A program made the position numbers and the translations under genes. Positions 1-10,545 of a stretch of DNA of 64,000 nt are shown here, piece after piece; position 1 is the first letter of the stretch, and every line of letters begins with the position of its first letter. The DNA is taken from IMG/VR virus record IMGVR_UViG_3300033802_000463, positions 64,001-128,000 of that record; one strand, given 5' to 3'. The notes below the pieces were generated by a model, which had not been told where the DNA came from, searched no databases, and worked only from the letters and a program-made list of their open reading frames with translations. The stretch is from a virus.

Positions 1-3000
1 AAATAAGGCCGCGTTCATAGTAATCTTGAATCATTGCGGAGTGGGCATATACACGAGATTGCTTGGCCAAATCGGATTCGTTGCGCCGCACTTTCAAGTC
101 ATCATCCAAGTCCCGCTTCACTCCAGACAAGACGGTAACTTGATTGCGAACCAATCGCCTGGCCAGTTTATTTGCTTCTTCAAATTCTCCTTTTTGAATC
201 GCCTCAACCATATTTCGATAATTCCATTGGTCGTTTTCAGCCATGAGTTTGGGATCTGTCAGCATCATCGCCAATTTCTCGACCGAAGAAATCTGACGAT
301 TCTCTCTATTGATGCGAATCACATCAGTTACCGCATTAAGATGCTGGTTTCCATACACAAGCGTTCCTTGCCGGCTGACAAGCGGCACGACCATTTCAAA
401 CGCTTTCGGATGGGCCTCGTTTGATCCTGAAATCAGATGACGCATGACACTCATGCTGTCCTCTTTGTTGAACATGGTAATGATAGCTTGCGTCCCTTCC
501 CTGTTCATGGAAAGAACCGTCTGCATGCCTGGATTGATTTGGTTCAGATGACTGATGATTTGCTCCACGGCTTTACGGTTATTTGGATTCAATCCTGTAA
601 TCGGATGTCTGCGATCCAACTGATTGAAGATTTCCCCGATGTCGCCTTGAGACAAATCGGGCCTTACAACAAATCCATTATCAATCAAATATCCTTGCAT
701 GCCGCGCGCTTGCCCAATCACCGACTGAATCATTTGATGACCGGCTTGTTTGGATATTCGCTCTACGGATTCTCGCTTGCGAAGCGACTGTTCCGTGATG
801 TTTTGCATCATCAAACGCTGATTTTCCATGAGATCAAGCGCCAGGATTTGAATGGATTGCGGGATGGTCAGATTTCGCCCATGATAATCCCGGATGAGAT
901 TTTGCATGTATTCGTCTTCGATGATGCCTGAATCGTTTAGCGAAGCAAGCAAGGTCTTGAACCGTTCTTCCCGTACCACCAATTTTTCGGACTCGGACAA
1001 ATCAGCAGTATCGCTATTTACATATGAGCTTAATTGATTGATAGTATAATTCACATTTTGCAAGGTTACATTTCTACTCTTCCCTGTGATGCGGTCGCGG
1101 AATGTAAAACCGCGCTGCTCATAAGGAAGCGGTTCCCGAATCTCTTTATGATCTCCCGCAATTTCTTTTACTTGCTCGTGAAACAAAGCCCAGGCAACAC
1201 TCTTTTTCTGCTCATCCAATCCGCTTTTGTCGATGGCGTCGATTGCACTTTGATACAGCTGCCGTTCTGACATCAATCTTGGCAGCATGCGCCAAAATGC
1301 TCTTTCCTCTGCTTCGTTGTATACCCATGTTTTTGATACCGAATCCCAAAGCGAGTTAAAGTCCATCAGCTCTCTCATTTCGTCCTTGTTGATCCGTTTC
1401 TTGAGCAACCTGCCAATAATTTTTTCACGGGCCTGCTCATATTTCTCTGGAGTCCAATGACGGATAAATTGTCCGTTCTTGATTGTCAGCTCGTCAAGAC
1501 GCCGGGAGGCTTCAGCCTCAATGGCGCTCCACCGGCCGGCAGCAAATTTTTCATAGACCGCTGCATTTGCATACATGCGTCGAGCAGCCCGAAATCCTTT
1601 GGTCGCACTGTCATCCAAACTAAACAAGTTCTCATAGCGGCGACGTGCCAAATCGGATTCTCGACGATACTCAATCATTTTCCGCATTTTCTTGCTCAGG
1701 TTACTCACAGGCATGAAACTTCGGTGATAGAAATCCGCGATTTCATATGCTGCATTTTCGCCTTCACGCACCACAAAAGAACGAAGCGTTGGATTATCCG
1801 CGTTGACAAACTCGATGGCCCATCTTGGAATCCCGCCGGACGATAGGTCACGAATGCCGGCTACGCGATAAAACGATTCCGCGTTGATGACATTCTGATT
1901 AAATCCCGGTCGGAAGATTCGATATGTCCCATCTTCGGCCAACTCCGCCATGTAATCCAAATGACTGCCTTTATAGTTGCTGACTGCCCGGGTGGCAAAC
2001 AACAGATCATTTGTCGTTAGCGGTTGATTGGAGTACATCAAGTAAGGAAACCGTTGTCCTAATTTTCTCGCCTTGTACCGCTCGTTCACTTCCATGTGCG
2101 GCAGCATGCGGTCAAAATATTCCCAGGTATTTGCCACGACACCGCCAACCCCATGCATGCCTGTATCCGCTGAAGCCGCGTGTGCATCTCCCGTATCCAA
2201 TCCGAGCGTTCTGCGCCACTCTTGCAGCGTCCATGGACCTTCGACAAATGGCATGTCTTTTGTCCGGCCATAGATATCATGCAAATCTATAGGATTGCGG
2301 ATGATGGATTGCATGACAGCTTGATAATCCATATGATATTTTGGACCTTGAATCTTGAGACCAACACGATCCGCCCATCGCTGCAGCGTCGGCAAGTCAA
2401 AACGATCACCGTTCATGGTGACAAAATAACTGTTGCGATGCCTGGAAAGAAATTCATTGTATTCATTAATGACTTCTTCATATCCAGCGCCATTCGCAAT
2501 CAAGTTTTGCAGACCGCTGCGCATATGGCGAACAAACCGGTTTACATCTTGACTCAGAACGATTTGCTGAATTTCCTTGCCATGCAACACGCTGTGAATC
2601 AAGCTGTTGTGTCTGACCTCTTTTCCAAAGGATGCGGCCGTATATCCCTCCTCCGCGATCGAGGAATAACGAATCAAGTCCACCAGCGTTCGCTGTTGGC
2701 TAGGATTCAACTCATGAAAACGGCCGGTACGATACATGTAAATCAGATGATTCAATTCCCGCTGCATGATTTCATCCGGCCTAATCAATCGATTAAAACG
2801 AAGCCGTTTTGATTCTCCAATAACTTTGCCGCTTCGCATATTGATGGCATTTGCGGATATTTCTGACACAAAAAATTTATCGGATGCCGTATCTCCAAGT
2901 GTTTCAATATCCAATCCAAAGAATCGTGCATTTTTTAGCGTTCTTGTTCGCTCTGCAAAATGACGAAAAGTTTCGATATGACGTTGTGCATCGAATCGAT

Positions 3001-3298
3001 AATCACTGTAAGGATCAGCATTGCTTACAGGATTCAAAAAACTCCAAATGGTGGTGCCGCCCATATTAATGACGCCATTCTTCAGCGGCAGCGCAGGTAT
3101 TTTATTGATCGCATCGTTCAATTCAACAAGTGAAGGATTAATCTCATTGCTTCGTGTTGTCTTTGGTTTGTTAAACGAACCGTAAGCGGAGAGCACCACC
3201 CGTTTATGGCGATCGGCCGGCACATATTGCAAGCCGGCCTCGATCCCTTTGTTCACATTCTGAAATAACCTGTCATAATTCGTTTCATTTGTCGCCAT
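1..3298 (-). CDS. Giant (>1099 aa, truncated at window edge) tail-region/virion protein with N-terminal DEDDh 3'-5' exonuclease-like domain
   Basis: Absent from the ORF track, presumably because it runs off the edge. ATG at 3298 follows GGAGGTG. I translated about 2130-3298 and the last 60 nt by hand and both are open in the same frame (MATNETNYDRLF ... SRVYAHSAMIQDYYERGLI). Motifs: FGLDIETLG, TMNGDRFD, DAHAASAD. Confidence 0.85.
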   Translation of the reverse strand, partial: MATNETNYDRLFQNVNKGIEAGLQYVPADRHKRVVLSAYGSFNKPKTTRSNEINPSLVELNDAINKIPALPLKNGVINMGGTTIWSFLNPVSNADPYSDYRFDAQRHIETFRHFAERTRTLKNARFFGLDIETLGDTASDKFFVSEISANAINMRSGKVIGESKRLRFNRLIRPDEIMQRELNHLIYMYRTGRFHELNPSQQRTLVDLIRYSSIAEEGYTAASFGKEVRHNSLIHSVLHGKEIQQIVLSQDVNRFVRHMRSGLQNLIANGAGYEEVINEYNEFLSRHRNSYFVTMNGDRFDLPTLQRWADRVGLKIQGPKYHMDYQAVMQSIIRNPIDLHDIYGRTKDMPFVEGPWTLQEWRRTLGLDTGDAHAASADTGMHGVGGVVANTWEYFDRMLPHMEVNERYKARKLGQRFPYLMYSNQPLTTNDLLFATRAVSNYKGSHLDYMAELAEDGTYRIFRPGFNQNVINAESFYRVAGIRDLSSGGIPRWAIEFVNADNPTLRSFVVREGENAAYEIADFYHRSFMPVSNLSKKMRKMIEYRRESDLARRRYENLFSLDDSATKGFRAARRMYANAAVYEKFAAGRWSAIEAEASRRLDELTIKNGQFIRHWTPEKYEQAREKIIGRLLKKRINKDEMRELMDFNSLWDSVSKTWVYNEAEERAFWRMLPRLMSERQLYQSAIDAIDKSGLDEQKKSVAWALFHEQVKEIAGDHKEIREPLPYEQRGFTFRDRITGKSRNVTLQNVNYTINQLSSYVNSDTADLSESEKLVVREERFKTLLASLNDSGIIEDEYMQNLIRDYHGRNLTIPQSIQILALDLMENQRLMMQNITEQSLRKRESVERISKQAGHQMIQSVIGQARGMQGYLIDNGFVVRPDLSQGDIGEIFNQLDRRHPITGLNPNNRKAVEQIISHLNQINPGMQTVLSMNREGTQAIITMFNKEDSMSVMRHLISGSNEAHPKAFEMVVPLVSRQGTLVYGNQHLNAVTDVIRINRENRQISSVEKLAMMLTDPKLMAENDQWNYRNMVEAIQKGEFEEANKLARRLVRNQVTVLSGVKRDLDDDLKVRRNESDLAKQSRVYAHSAMIQDYYERGLI

Positions 3299-3313
3299 GT
3301 TTTGCACCTCCAC

Positions 3314-6300
3314 TTACATCAATGATGCCATGTTGTATCTTAAATAATTGTCGATCTCATCGCTGCGATCTTGCTGGTATTGGATCCCAATCCGTGTTGT
3401 GGATCCGGTATTGGGAGTCACCATGACATTGACATTTTTTAACCCTTGTCCTTCCAACACTTCTTGGATAGTGCGGCGCACTCTTTTGTAGCTGAATCCT
3501 TCGTTCTGATACAGATCATTTCCATAAGGCGTTAGATCTGGCGCCAGACGGGAGGCTTCAACATCATCCGGCCAAAAGTTAAAGTCGGAGAGATCCAGTT
3601 GCTGATTTTGAACCACTTTCAATTTGATGCTCTCCAAGTCAAATTCTGGCCGCCATCCTTCCCAATCTGCATCTGGAAGCACGTACTTTTGGAAGTATTC
3701 TTCAAGCGGCGGAACTTCTTCATCTCCATAGCCCCACAATGCTTTGTATATCCGCCTTTGATTTCTCGGAACAAGTTCCAGAATCCTCTCCCGGTCCCGC
3801 TCCGGCGCATTTACAAATTCGTCGAAAAACCACCGATCTTTCGTTGGAAAGGCGCGGGCAACCTTCATGCGATCGTCATACGGATCGATAGCATATAAGG
3901 TTTCTTCACTTTTCTCCTTATATTGTAACGCTTGACGTACAATATCGGGAAGTATTAATTCATCCCAACGGCTCTCTTGAATTTGAGCAAGCTCCTGATT
4001 GATTTCTCTTCGGCGTTCCTCCCAACCTTTGGGCTGAGTAATATACAGCCGCCGCTTTTCTTGCTCCAACTCATATCGGCGCTGCTTAACTTCAGCTTCT
4101 TTTTGTTCAATGTCTGCGAGTAGTGCTTCAACATCATAACCTTGTGCAGCGGCTTCTCGCTTAGCAGCCTCATACAAGCCAGTATATTTCATATACTTCA
4201 AGATGTCGAAGTATTCATTGATGTCATGCTCGATCCGTCTCCGTTTCGGGATCCATACTTCTCCATCATGAGTATATTCGTAGTGCCTTGCATATGCATG
4301 GCCGAGACCGCCAATCAGTGCTCCAACGATGGCTCCCGCGCTAGTGCGTCTTTTACCGCCTCCGCCCAGCACGGCCATAATCACCCCGCCGATTAAACCG
4401 CCGCGCATCATCGACTCCAGCAGATCGTGACGAAACGCAGCCTGGAAGCTTGGGATCAAGTAGTCACTTGTCAGGAAGTTGCGCCAAGTTGCCCAATCCT
4501 TTCCGTAAATCTGGTCTCGCTCGTATTCTTCAAGCGCTGTGCGCACTTGCAGAAATTTGGTATTTAGCGCCGATTCAAAATGCGCGATGGATTCCCATCT
4601 TGCTCCTTCAGCGATCTCATCAGTTGTAAAGCGCGCGTGAACCGCCGGCGCCGAGAAATCCGTCAGATTCTCTTTCATCAGGCCGCGGCGCAGGATTTCC
4701 TGGTTGATGTTTTTCAAGCCATCAAAGACAACGGCGCGCATCGTCTGATACGTATCATCTGATATTCGCCGGCTTTGATCCGCATCAACACCGATTGTGA
4801 TTTTATCCCCTACACTGATATAAGATTGCAAAACACCTTCCGCATTCGGCCGATAATCTACGCCGGCAAGCCGAATTGGCGTATCCCCAAATTCCTTCGT
4901 GAGAAACGTGTAATCATCCAGGAACTTGGTCACAGTTACTTGATATTTTTCAATATCTGCATATTTGAATCGGTAATCCACAAATTCATATTTTTGTTTT
5001 CGCCTCGCAACTTGCCGTTTAATCTCGGCGATTTGTTTACGAAGTTCCGGATCCGTAACGTTGGCCACCACATAATCGCGCCAAAATTTATATTCATCAC
5101 TCCATGGCGCCACATCAGCCAGAATTTTGAACTTGTCGAATGCACCGTAACGTCCGGTTTCATCCGGATGCAGCGTATTCAGTTTTTCATATGCTTCACC
5201 GGGCAAGCGATATTCTCCATGCTCAATTTTCGTGTAGGGATCGCCTACCTGGAAATTGATAAAGTAATTTGCTCCGGGGAGCCAATCTGGCATTGTGTTG
5301 CGAACCGGATTATAAGTATCCAGCTGCCCGTCATCGCGTCGAATGAAACGCCGGCCAATTTCGGAGACTGGTCCTCCGAGCGAACCAAGATTCATTCCCC
5401 AAAAACGGTTTGACAGGTTATTGGCTGCATCCGCTTTTTGGATGACCATTTCGCCTGCATAGGTGTTGTCTCCGACGACCTCCTCAAACATCCACTTGTA
5501 AACCCCAAGCGGTTCTGTCCAGTTTTGCGCAGTTTCTTGGATTCGCCAATTGAGACTTGTCGGATCATTCAATTCGCGCAGTTTTCGATTACGCACTTCG
5601 TTTTTGTACGCAAACTCCTCGGTTCTAAGTGCGCGCGGACTTGTATCCAATATGGGCTCGATTGGAGCAGCCATTGCAAACAGCTGATCAATGGAATAGT
5701 CTTCTTTTGCAATGCTGGACGGCACATAGATTGCTTGTCCGCTGGCGATTTCTTGCGCCACATAGGCACCTGTCGGATTTCCTTGGTCGTCTAATTCATT
5801 GGCGACAAAATATCGGATACCTTGCTCTTGACCGATTGTTTCCTCAGCTCCAGTCAAACCCGCAGCATAAGAGGATCCGTAATCGGTTGGTCCCGCATAA
5901 ACGATATGTTCAATTCGGCCGGCTGGAGATATGCGAGTCACAACCGGTGCCGTCGGTCGATCACCAAGTTCCTGATTTTCAGCATCAACCAAGACGGGAT
6001 CGCCCCAATACTCCGGATGCATATAGCGCGATGGCTTGATCAGCTGTCCGATCGTCGCATTCCCAATATCACCAAAAAACATCGTGTTCGGGTTAAACAG
6101 AGAACCGGTAATCAAGTAAGGGCGATCATAGTAGTGTTTTTGTTCCCAGTAATATTCATTTCCGTTCAGGACTCGTTTGAAGATCCCAAGCGGGTTTTCA
6201 AAGGTCGGCAAAATGTTCATTTCACCGTACCGTTCTTCGCCCGTCAGGTTTGTATTGGAATGTTCCCAATCACTCATCGCCAAACGCCATGCATTCGGTC

Positions 6301-9214
6301 TGAACTCTGTAATGCGATCGCCGCGATAAGCGGACTTGGAGCCCCACAGCCACCACCGGCTCTTACGCACCTCATCCACGCCATTCATCAGATAATCCGC
6401 GTACTCTTCAGCCGTGTACGTATCCTTCTCATCGATCGGCACAGTATTGCCCGTCAGAATATTGCCAATTGCTTCGATGGGGCTTCCGGATGTAAAGACA
6501 GCACCAAGAACATGCCCAGGTCCAAATTCACCAATCCCGGGCAAATACCATTCAGGCATCGCATCAAAATGCTCAATGCCCGGGTAAAGCATGCGTCTTC
6601 GAGCAAGGTCATCATTGACACCCATAGCATCTCTTGCCATGGCTGCCTCCAGATTTTCTCTTGCCCGCATGTTCTGCCATCTTGCTGTGATTCCCATGCC
6701 GGTATGTTTCTGCAGCTCATAATCGGCATATTGATAAGCTTCATACCCCAGATAAATTGGCAAAAATCGCTTCAAGAACAGAGATGATACGGTTTTCAGC
6801 GGACTGGACAGTGAATCCTGCGAAAAGCCAAGCCCCCAATCGCCGAGCGCATCCTGCAGACGGAACCATGGATACTGGCCGCCAAAAATCGAAAGTGTTG
6901 TGAAATCCTCCATATTTCGCCGGCCTGTGGTCCAGCTGAGCTGCTTCGCAATATCTTTGATGGTGTTGATGCCATCCCATCCGTTAAAGGCCTTGTTGAC
7001 ATATAAAAACTCGTCATTCACCAGGTTCGGCGGCTTCTGTCCTGTGAATTTTTCATAAATCGGATTCGTGCGTCGTACCGCTCTTAATACATCTTCACGA
7101 AATTCTTGAGAAAATGTGCCTTGTCCTAAAATCAAATGATTGACACTATCAACGGCAAAGGCTGGATTATCGTAAAACTGTGAGCTGGCTCGACGCAGCA
7201 GATGATGATTGAGCAGGAAATTTGCGTTTTGCGCATCGGCCGACAAAATGTCTCCGCTCCGATACAAGTCATTGAAGATCTTTCTGAGATTTAGATTGGG
7301 ATGACTTGCGTTATTCTCCGTTATCTGACGAATCAGCTCAAGACTAACTTCTCTCCGGATCCGATCGTGTCCGCTTTGAATCCGGGTATACTCATCAACA
7401 AGTAAGTTGCTCTCGCCAATCGGCCGCTTCGCCGCAAGGAACGAGTCCGGATCACGGCTGTACTTGCGCCAGATTTGGCGAATGACTTCTCCGGATTGAC
7501 TTTCCTGATAATTTTCTCCGAAGAATCGAAACAGCTTCATGATATGTTCTTCATTGGAGAAATTAATGCCGTTCTTCTCTAAGAATTGCTGAATATGCCC
7601 CGGCAGATACGTGCGAATCCTATTTAGCACACGCGGCGACAGCTCAACACTGTATTTATCAAAATAGCCGCGAAGCGCGCGCAAGCTCTCCTCATCAACA
7701 CCGCGATGCATGGCAGTGGTTACGATATTGCGCTCCCATTCTGGGTTCCAAATCTTTGTGATTTGGCTAAGCAGCTTGGGGCCAATCGCATCCTTGTCTT
7801 GCCGACCCAAATCGAATAACTTTTTGAATCGGCCGCGCGTATCTTCTTCGATATCCATAATGCCGCCTGTGCTGCGGTGAATTTTTGCGATCGTACCGAA
7901 GCGAGAGGATGTTGCATACATCTTTCGATGAGGATTAAGAATCTCCAAGGCTCGGGTTGGATCATTGACGGCCGCGGTATCCATCAATCTCACAAAGTCT
8001 CCGTTGATGAATACCAGATCCTCGTCCAGCGTACTGTTGATGTCTTTTCCCATTTGTGCAAGAAGGCTTTGATGGCGCGCTCCCATCGATACAACACGAA
8101 AGCTTCCGACTTCCCTTGCTTCCCGGATATTGATTTGATCCCGCAGGTGAAGCAGTCCGCCGGGCACCGTATTAGCTGCCTTTTTCTTTAGACCGAACAT
8201 CATCTCGTCGAATACTTTGTAATCCGTATAATCAATGATGTTTCCTGCGCTGTCGGTTTTGACATACAAATTGGCATCGAAGATTTGTTTGCGAAAATCA
8301 TCATGCCGGCGAATCATGTCATTAAGTTGGGCGACGGAATCCGCATCCAGCTGTATTCTTCCCGAGCTGTGCATAGCAAGAACATCTTCAACGGTTGCTT
8401 GCCGCTGTCCGCGAATATACCGGCTGAATGCAAATTCCCGCTTTACGACACCTTCTGCATTTGCTGCTGCCATTGTTTTAAGTTTGTCTTGCATGACATT
8501 AACGTATTGGCGAAACTCATCGCTGGTTCGGTAATTTACATTTCGCAATGCGTTCCGTGCATCCAATGCATGATCGATCAGGCTTTGTTCAATGCCCTGC
8601 TGATGCAAGAGTCCGCGAAGCTGATCGTCAGTATAATGACTCAAAAATCCAGGATCTTCCCGCCAACCAACCTTCATTGCCTCACGAACACGCTGCATGG
8701 GCGCGTTGCCAGCGCGCCGTTCCAGCTCCAGCATTACATCGCGGAAGCGAAGCCGATTTTCAATGCGGTAAGGGATATCATTTTGCAGCCGCTGATTGAC
8801 TTGCCGAATATACCGCAGCATATCGTATTCATTTTCCGGATCCCGCGCAGTAGCAAAATCGCTAAATTTGGACCTACGTTCATCCACGATGCGCCGGCGC
8901 CGCTCTGCAAAGTCACGCATCATTCTATCCAGGCGAGAAACGCTCATATCTTGACGCAACGCTCCCTGATGATCGAGCGTTTCTCGCAGGGCTAGAAGCG
9001 ACCCCTTTCCTTCAATCTCAAGAAATCGAGCAAACCGTTTCAGTGCTCCGATTCGATGCAGGACCGCTAATGCACCGACGCCAATGGCGGCATTAACAAG
9101 CAATGAACGAGCAGGCGATTGATCATCTTCGTCACTTGTCAAGAAGCGCGTAAGAGGCCGTTCATCTGTGCCATAATACTGCGCATACCTGGATTGTCCT
9201 GTTTCATCCGCCAT
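3314..9214 (-). CDS. Giant tape-measure-position virion protein (~1966 aa) with SNase/thermonuclease-like domain and hydrophobic segments
   Basis: Lies directly downstream of two chaperone-like genes. Contains VTKFLDDYTF...IRLAGVD...DTYQTMRAVV...NQEILRRGL and Gly-rich hydrophobic stretches. Start placed at ATG 9214 from the AGGTG RBS. Confidence 0.7.
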   Translation of the reverse strand: MADETGQSRYAQYYGTDERPLTRFLTSDEDDQSPARSLLVNAAIGVGALAVLHRIGALKRFARFLEIEGKGSLLALRETLDHQGALRQDMSVSRLDRMMRDFAERRRRIVDERRSKFSDFATARDPENEYDMLRYIRQVNQRLQNDIPYRIENRLRFRDVMLELERRAGNAPMQRVREAMKVGWREDPGFLSHYTDDQLRGLLHQQGIEQSLIDHALDARNALRNVNYRTSDEFRQYVNVMQDKLKTMAAANAEGVVKREFAFSRYIRGQRQATVEDVLAMHSSGRIQLDADSVAQLNDMIRRHDDFRKQIFDANLYVKTDSAGNIIDYTDYKVFDEMMFGLKKKAANTVPGGLLHLRDQINIREAREVGSFRVVSMGARHQSLLAQMGKDINSTLDEDLVFINGDFVRLMDTAAVNDPTRALEILNPHRKMYATSSRFGTIAKIHRSTGGIMDIEEDTRGRFKKLFDLGRQDKDAIGPKLLSQITKIWNPEWERNIVTTAMHRGVDEESLRALRGYFDKYSVELSPRVLNRIRTYLPGHIQQFLEKNGINFSNEEHIMKLFRFFGENYQESQSGEVIRQIWRKYSRDPDSFLAAKRPIGESNLLVDEYTRIQSGHDRIRREVSLELIRQITENNASHPNLNLRKIFNDLYRSGDILSADAQNANFLLNHHLLRRASSQFYDNPAFAVDSVNHLILGQGTFSQEFREDVLRAVRRTNPIYEKFTGQKPPNLVNDEFLYVNKAFNGWDGINTIKDIAKQLSWTTGRRNMEDFTTLSIFGGQYPWFRLQDALGDWGLGFSQDSLSSPLKTVSSLFLKRFLPIYLGYEAYQYADYELQKHTGMGITARWQNMRARENLEAAMARDAMGVNDDLARRRMLYPGIEHFDAMPEWYLPGIGEFGPGHVLGAVFTSGSPIEAIGNILTGNTVPIDEKDTYTAEEYADYLMNGVDEVRKSRWWLWGSKSAYRGDRITEFRPNAWRLAMSDWEHSNTNLTGEERYGEMNILPTFENPLGIFKRVLNGNEYYWEQKHYYDRPYLITGSLFNPNTMFFGDIGNATIGQLIKPSRYMHPEYWGDPVLVDAENQELGDRPTAPVVTRISPAGRIEHIVYAGPTDYGSSYAAGLTGAEETIGQEQGIRYFVANELDDQGNPTGAYVAQEIASGQAIYVPSSIAKEDYSIDQLFAMAAPIEPILDTSPRALRTEEFAYKNEVRNRKLRELNDPTSLNWRIQETAQNWTEPLGVYKWMFEEVVGDNTYAGEMVIQKADAANNLSNRFWGMNLGSLGGPVSEIGRRFIRRDDGQLDTYNPVRNTMPDWLPGANYFINFQVGDPYTKIEHGEYRLPGEAYEKLNTLHPDETGRYGAFDKFKILADVAPWSDEYKFWRDYVVANVTDPELRKQIAEIKRQVARRKQKYEFVDYRFKYADIEKYQVTVTKFLDDYTFLTKEFGDTPIRLAGVDYRPNAEGVLQSYISVGDKITIGVDADQSRRISDDTYQTMRAVVFDGLKNINQEILRRGLMKENLTDFSAPAVHARFTTDEIAEGARWESIAHFESALNTKFLQVRTALEEYERDQIYGKDWATWRNFLTSDYLIPSFQAAFRHDLLESMMRGGLIGGVIMAVLGGGGKRRTSAGAIVGALIGGLGHAYARHYEYTHDGEVWIPKRRRIEHDINEYFDILKYMKYTGLYEAAKREAAAQGYDVEALLADIEQKEAEVKQRRYELEQEKRRLYITQPKGWEERRREINQELAQIQESRWDELILPDIVRQALQYKEKSEETLYAIDPYDDRMKVARAFPTKDRWFFDEFVNAPERDRERILELVPRNQRRIYKALWGYGDEEVPPLEEYFQKYVLPDADWEGWRPEFDLESIKLKVVQNQQLDLSDFNFWPDDVEASRLAPDLTPYGNDLYQNEGFSYKRVRRTIQEVLEGQGLKNVNVMVTPNTGSTTRIGIQYQQDRSDEIDNYLRYNMASLM

Positions 9215-9238
9215 AACATTCACCTGCTTTTCTTTGCA

Positions 9239-9967
9239 TTATTCAAAATCCCCTTTCAGCTCCTCCTCTGCTCGGAACCAAGCCAGCTCTGGGAATATGT
9301 CATTCATCGTGTTCGGTTGATCCAAATTGACGGGTCTCCCTTCGGCTTGCGATAACATCCTCTCCACTTCTTCTTTGGAAAGCTGTTGATTTTTAGGGGA
9401 AACAGAATTAGTTTCTTGGACCGGCGGAGGGCTTACCGTATGTTGTTGCGGCTGCGCACCCGATCCAGGTTGATGATTTGCACTTGTCTCCTGTTCAATC
9501 GGAACCAGCTGCACGCCTCTCAAATTCACCAGTACCCATTCTGCCCGCGCAAGATAATACATCATTTTCTTGACGGACCAACTCTGAATTTCTTCCATTG
9601 AGATGTTCGGGAAAGCTTCATGAATAATCACGTCGGCTTGATAATCGAATATTGTCATATCTTGACGATATTGTTCCAGCAGCGCCTTCGCTTGGCCCTC
9701 TTGCAATCCGGATGCTTCAAGAATGAAATTGCTGATCGTTTCAGCAATTCCGGCAACATTATCAACAAAGTCATATGCTTGAGGATACAGTACTGCCTTT
9801 TGGCAAATAGCTTCCTGCATATCACTTATATTTTCTACGGAAAGAAGAATCTCTTTATATTCTTCTCGGCCAATGACCCGGAACACAAACTGTTGCTCCA
9901 GAATCGTTACTAAATAAACTTCCTCATACATGGATTTCCATTGTGCAATCTGTTCGTCACTCAGCAT
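9239..9967 (-). CDS. Putative tail assembly chaperone
   Basis: Sits between tube-like genes and the giant protein. N-terminus (IAQWKSMYEEVY...FVFRVIGREEY...VLYP) is paralogous to the neighbouring gene. Confidence 0.55.
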   Translation of the reverse strand: MLSDEQIAQWKSMYEEVYLVTILEQQFVFRVIGREEYKEILLSVENISDMQEAICQKAVLYPQAYDFVDNVAGIAETISNFILEASGLQEGQAKALLEQYRQDMTIFDYQADVIIHEAFPNISMEEIQSWSVKKMMYYLARAEWVLVNLRGVQLVPIEQETSANHQPGSGAQPQQHTVSPPPVQETNSVSPKNQQLSKEEVERMLSQAEGRPVNLDQPNTMNDIFPELAWFRAEEELKGDFE

Positions 9968-10028
9968 ATCGATCCGCCCTTATATAAAAATCAAGCAGGA
10001 CTCGACAGCCCTGCTTCGTTCTCATTGT

Positions 10029-10481
10029 TTAGAGTTTGATCGGCGCACTTTGGGCGACGAAACCGGATTTATCCATGATATTTTCAGACAGCAAACTTGG
10101 AACGCCGGCTTTTTCCGTCTGCAGCATTTCCCGTGTCAAATTGCGCGGATACAATACGCACATCACCGTGATTTCTTCTTCCCGGTCCATGGTGGTCAAG
10201 CTTTTATTATTAATGAGCGCATTGTATTCCCTGCGCTCCAGTACGCGCCAAATGTACACTTCATTTTCAATCGGCGTGAAATAGACGCCTTTGGGATATT
10301 TTTGTTTCCATTCTTCAACTTCCCGTCGCGTTGGACCGAATCCATCGAAGATGGGCGAGTTCCATTCTTCCTCTGTGTATCCAAATTCATTTACCGGCTC
10401 TTGCCTTTCTTGCTGATTTGCATTCCCGTTCTCAGGCTCTTTATTGGGATCCATGGGCGATTTCACTTGCTCCTCTTTCAT
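10029..10481 (-). CDS. Putative tail assembly chaperone
   Basis: VEEWKQKYPKGVY...YIWRVLERREY...CVLYP; RBS GAGGAAGGGG before ATG 10481. Confidence 0.55.
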   Translation of the reverse strand: MKEEQVKSPMDPNKEPENGNANQQERQEPVNEFGYTEEEWNSPIFDGFGPTRREVEEWKQKYPKGVYFTPIENEVYIWRVLERREYNALINNKSLTTMDREEEITVMCVLYPRNLTREMLQTEKAGVPSLLSENIMDKSGFVAQSAPIKL

Positions 10482-10545
10482 TTTCGTTCCCCTTCCTCGA
10501 ATCATTTTGTAATGCATTATTTTATTTTTATTATACTTGATTATT

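Noticed and set aside
26-3069. Many short track ORFs
   Set aside because: Explained by the single minus-strand ORF starting at 3298.
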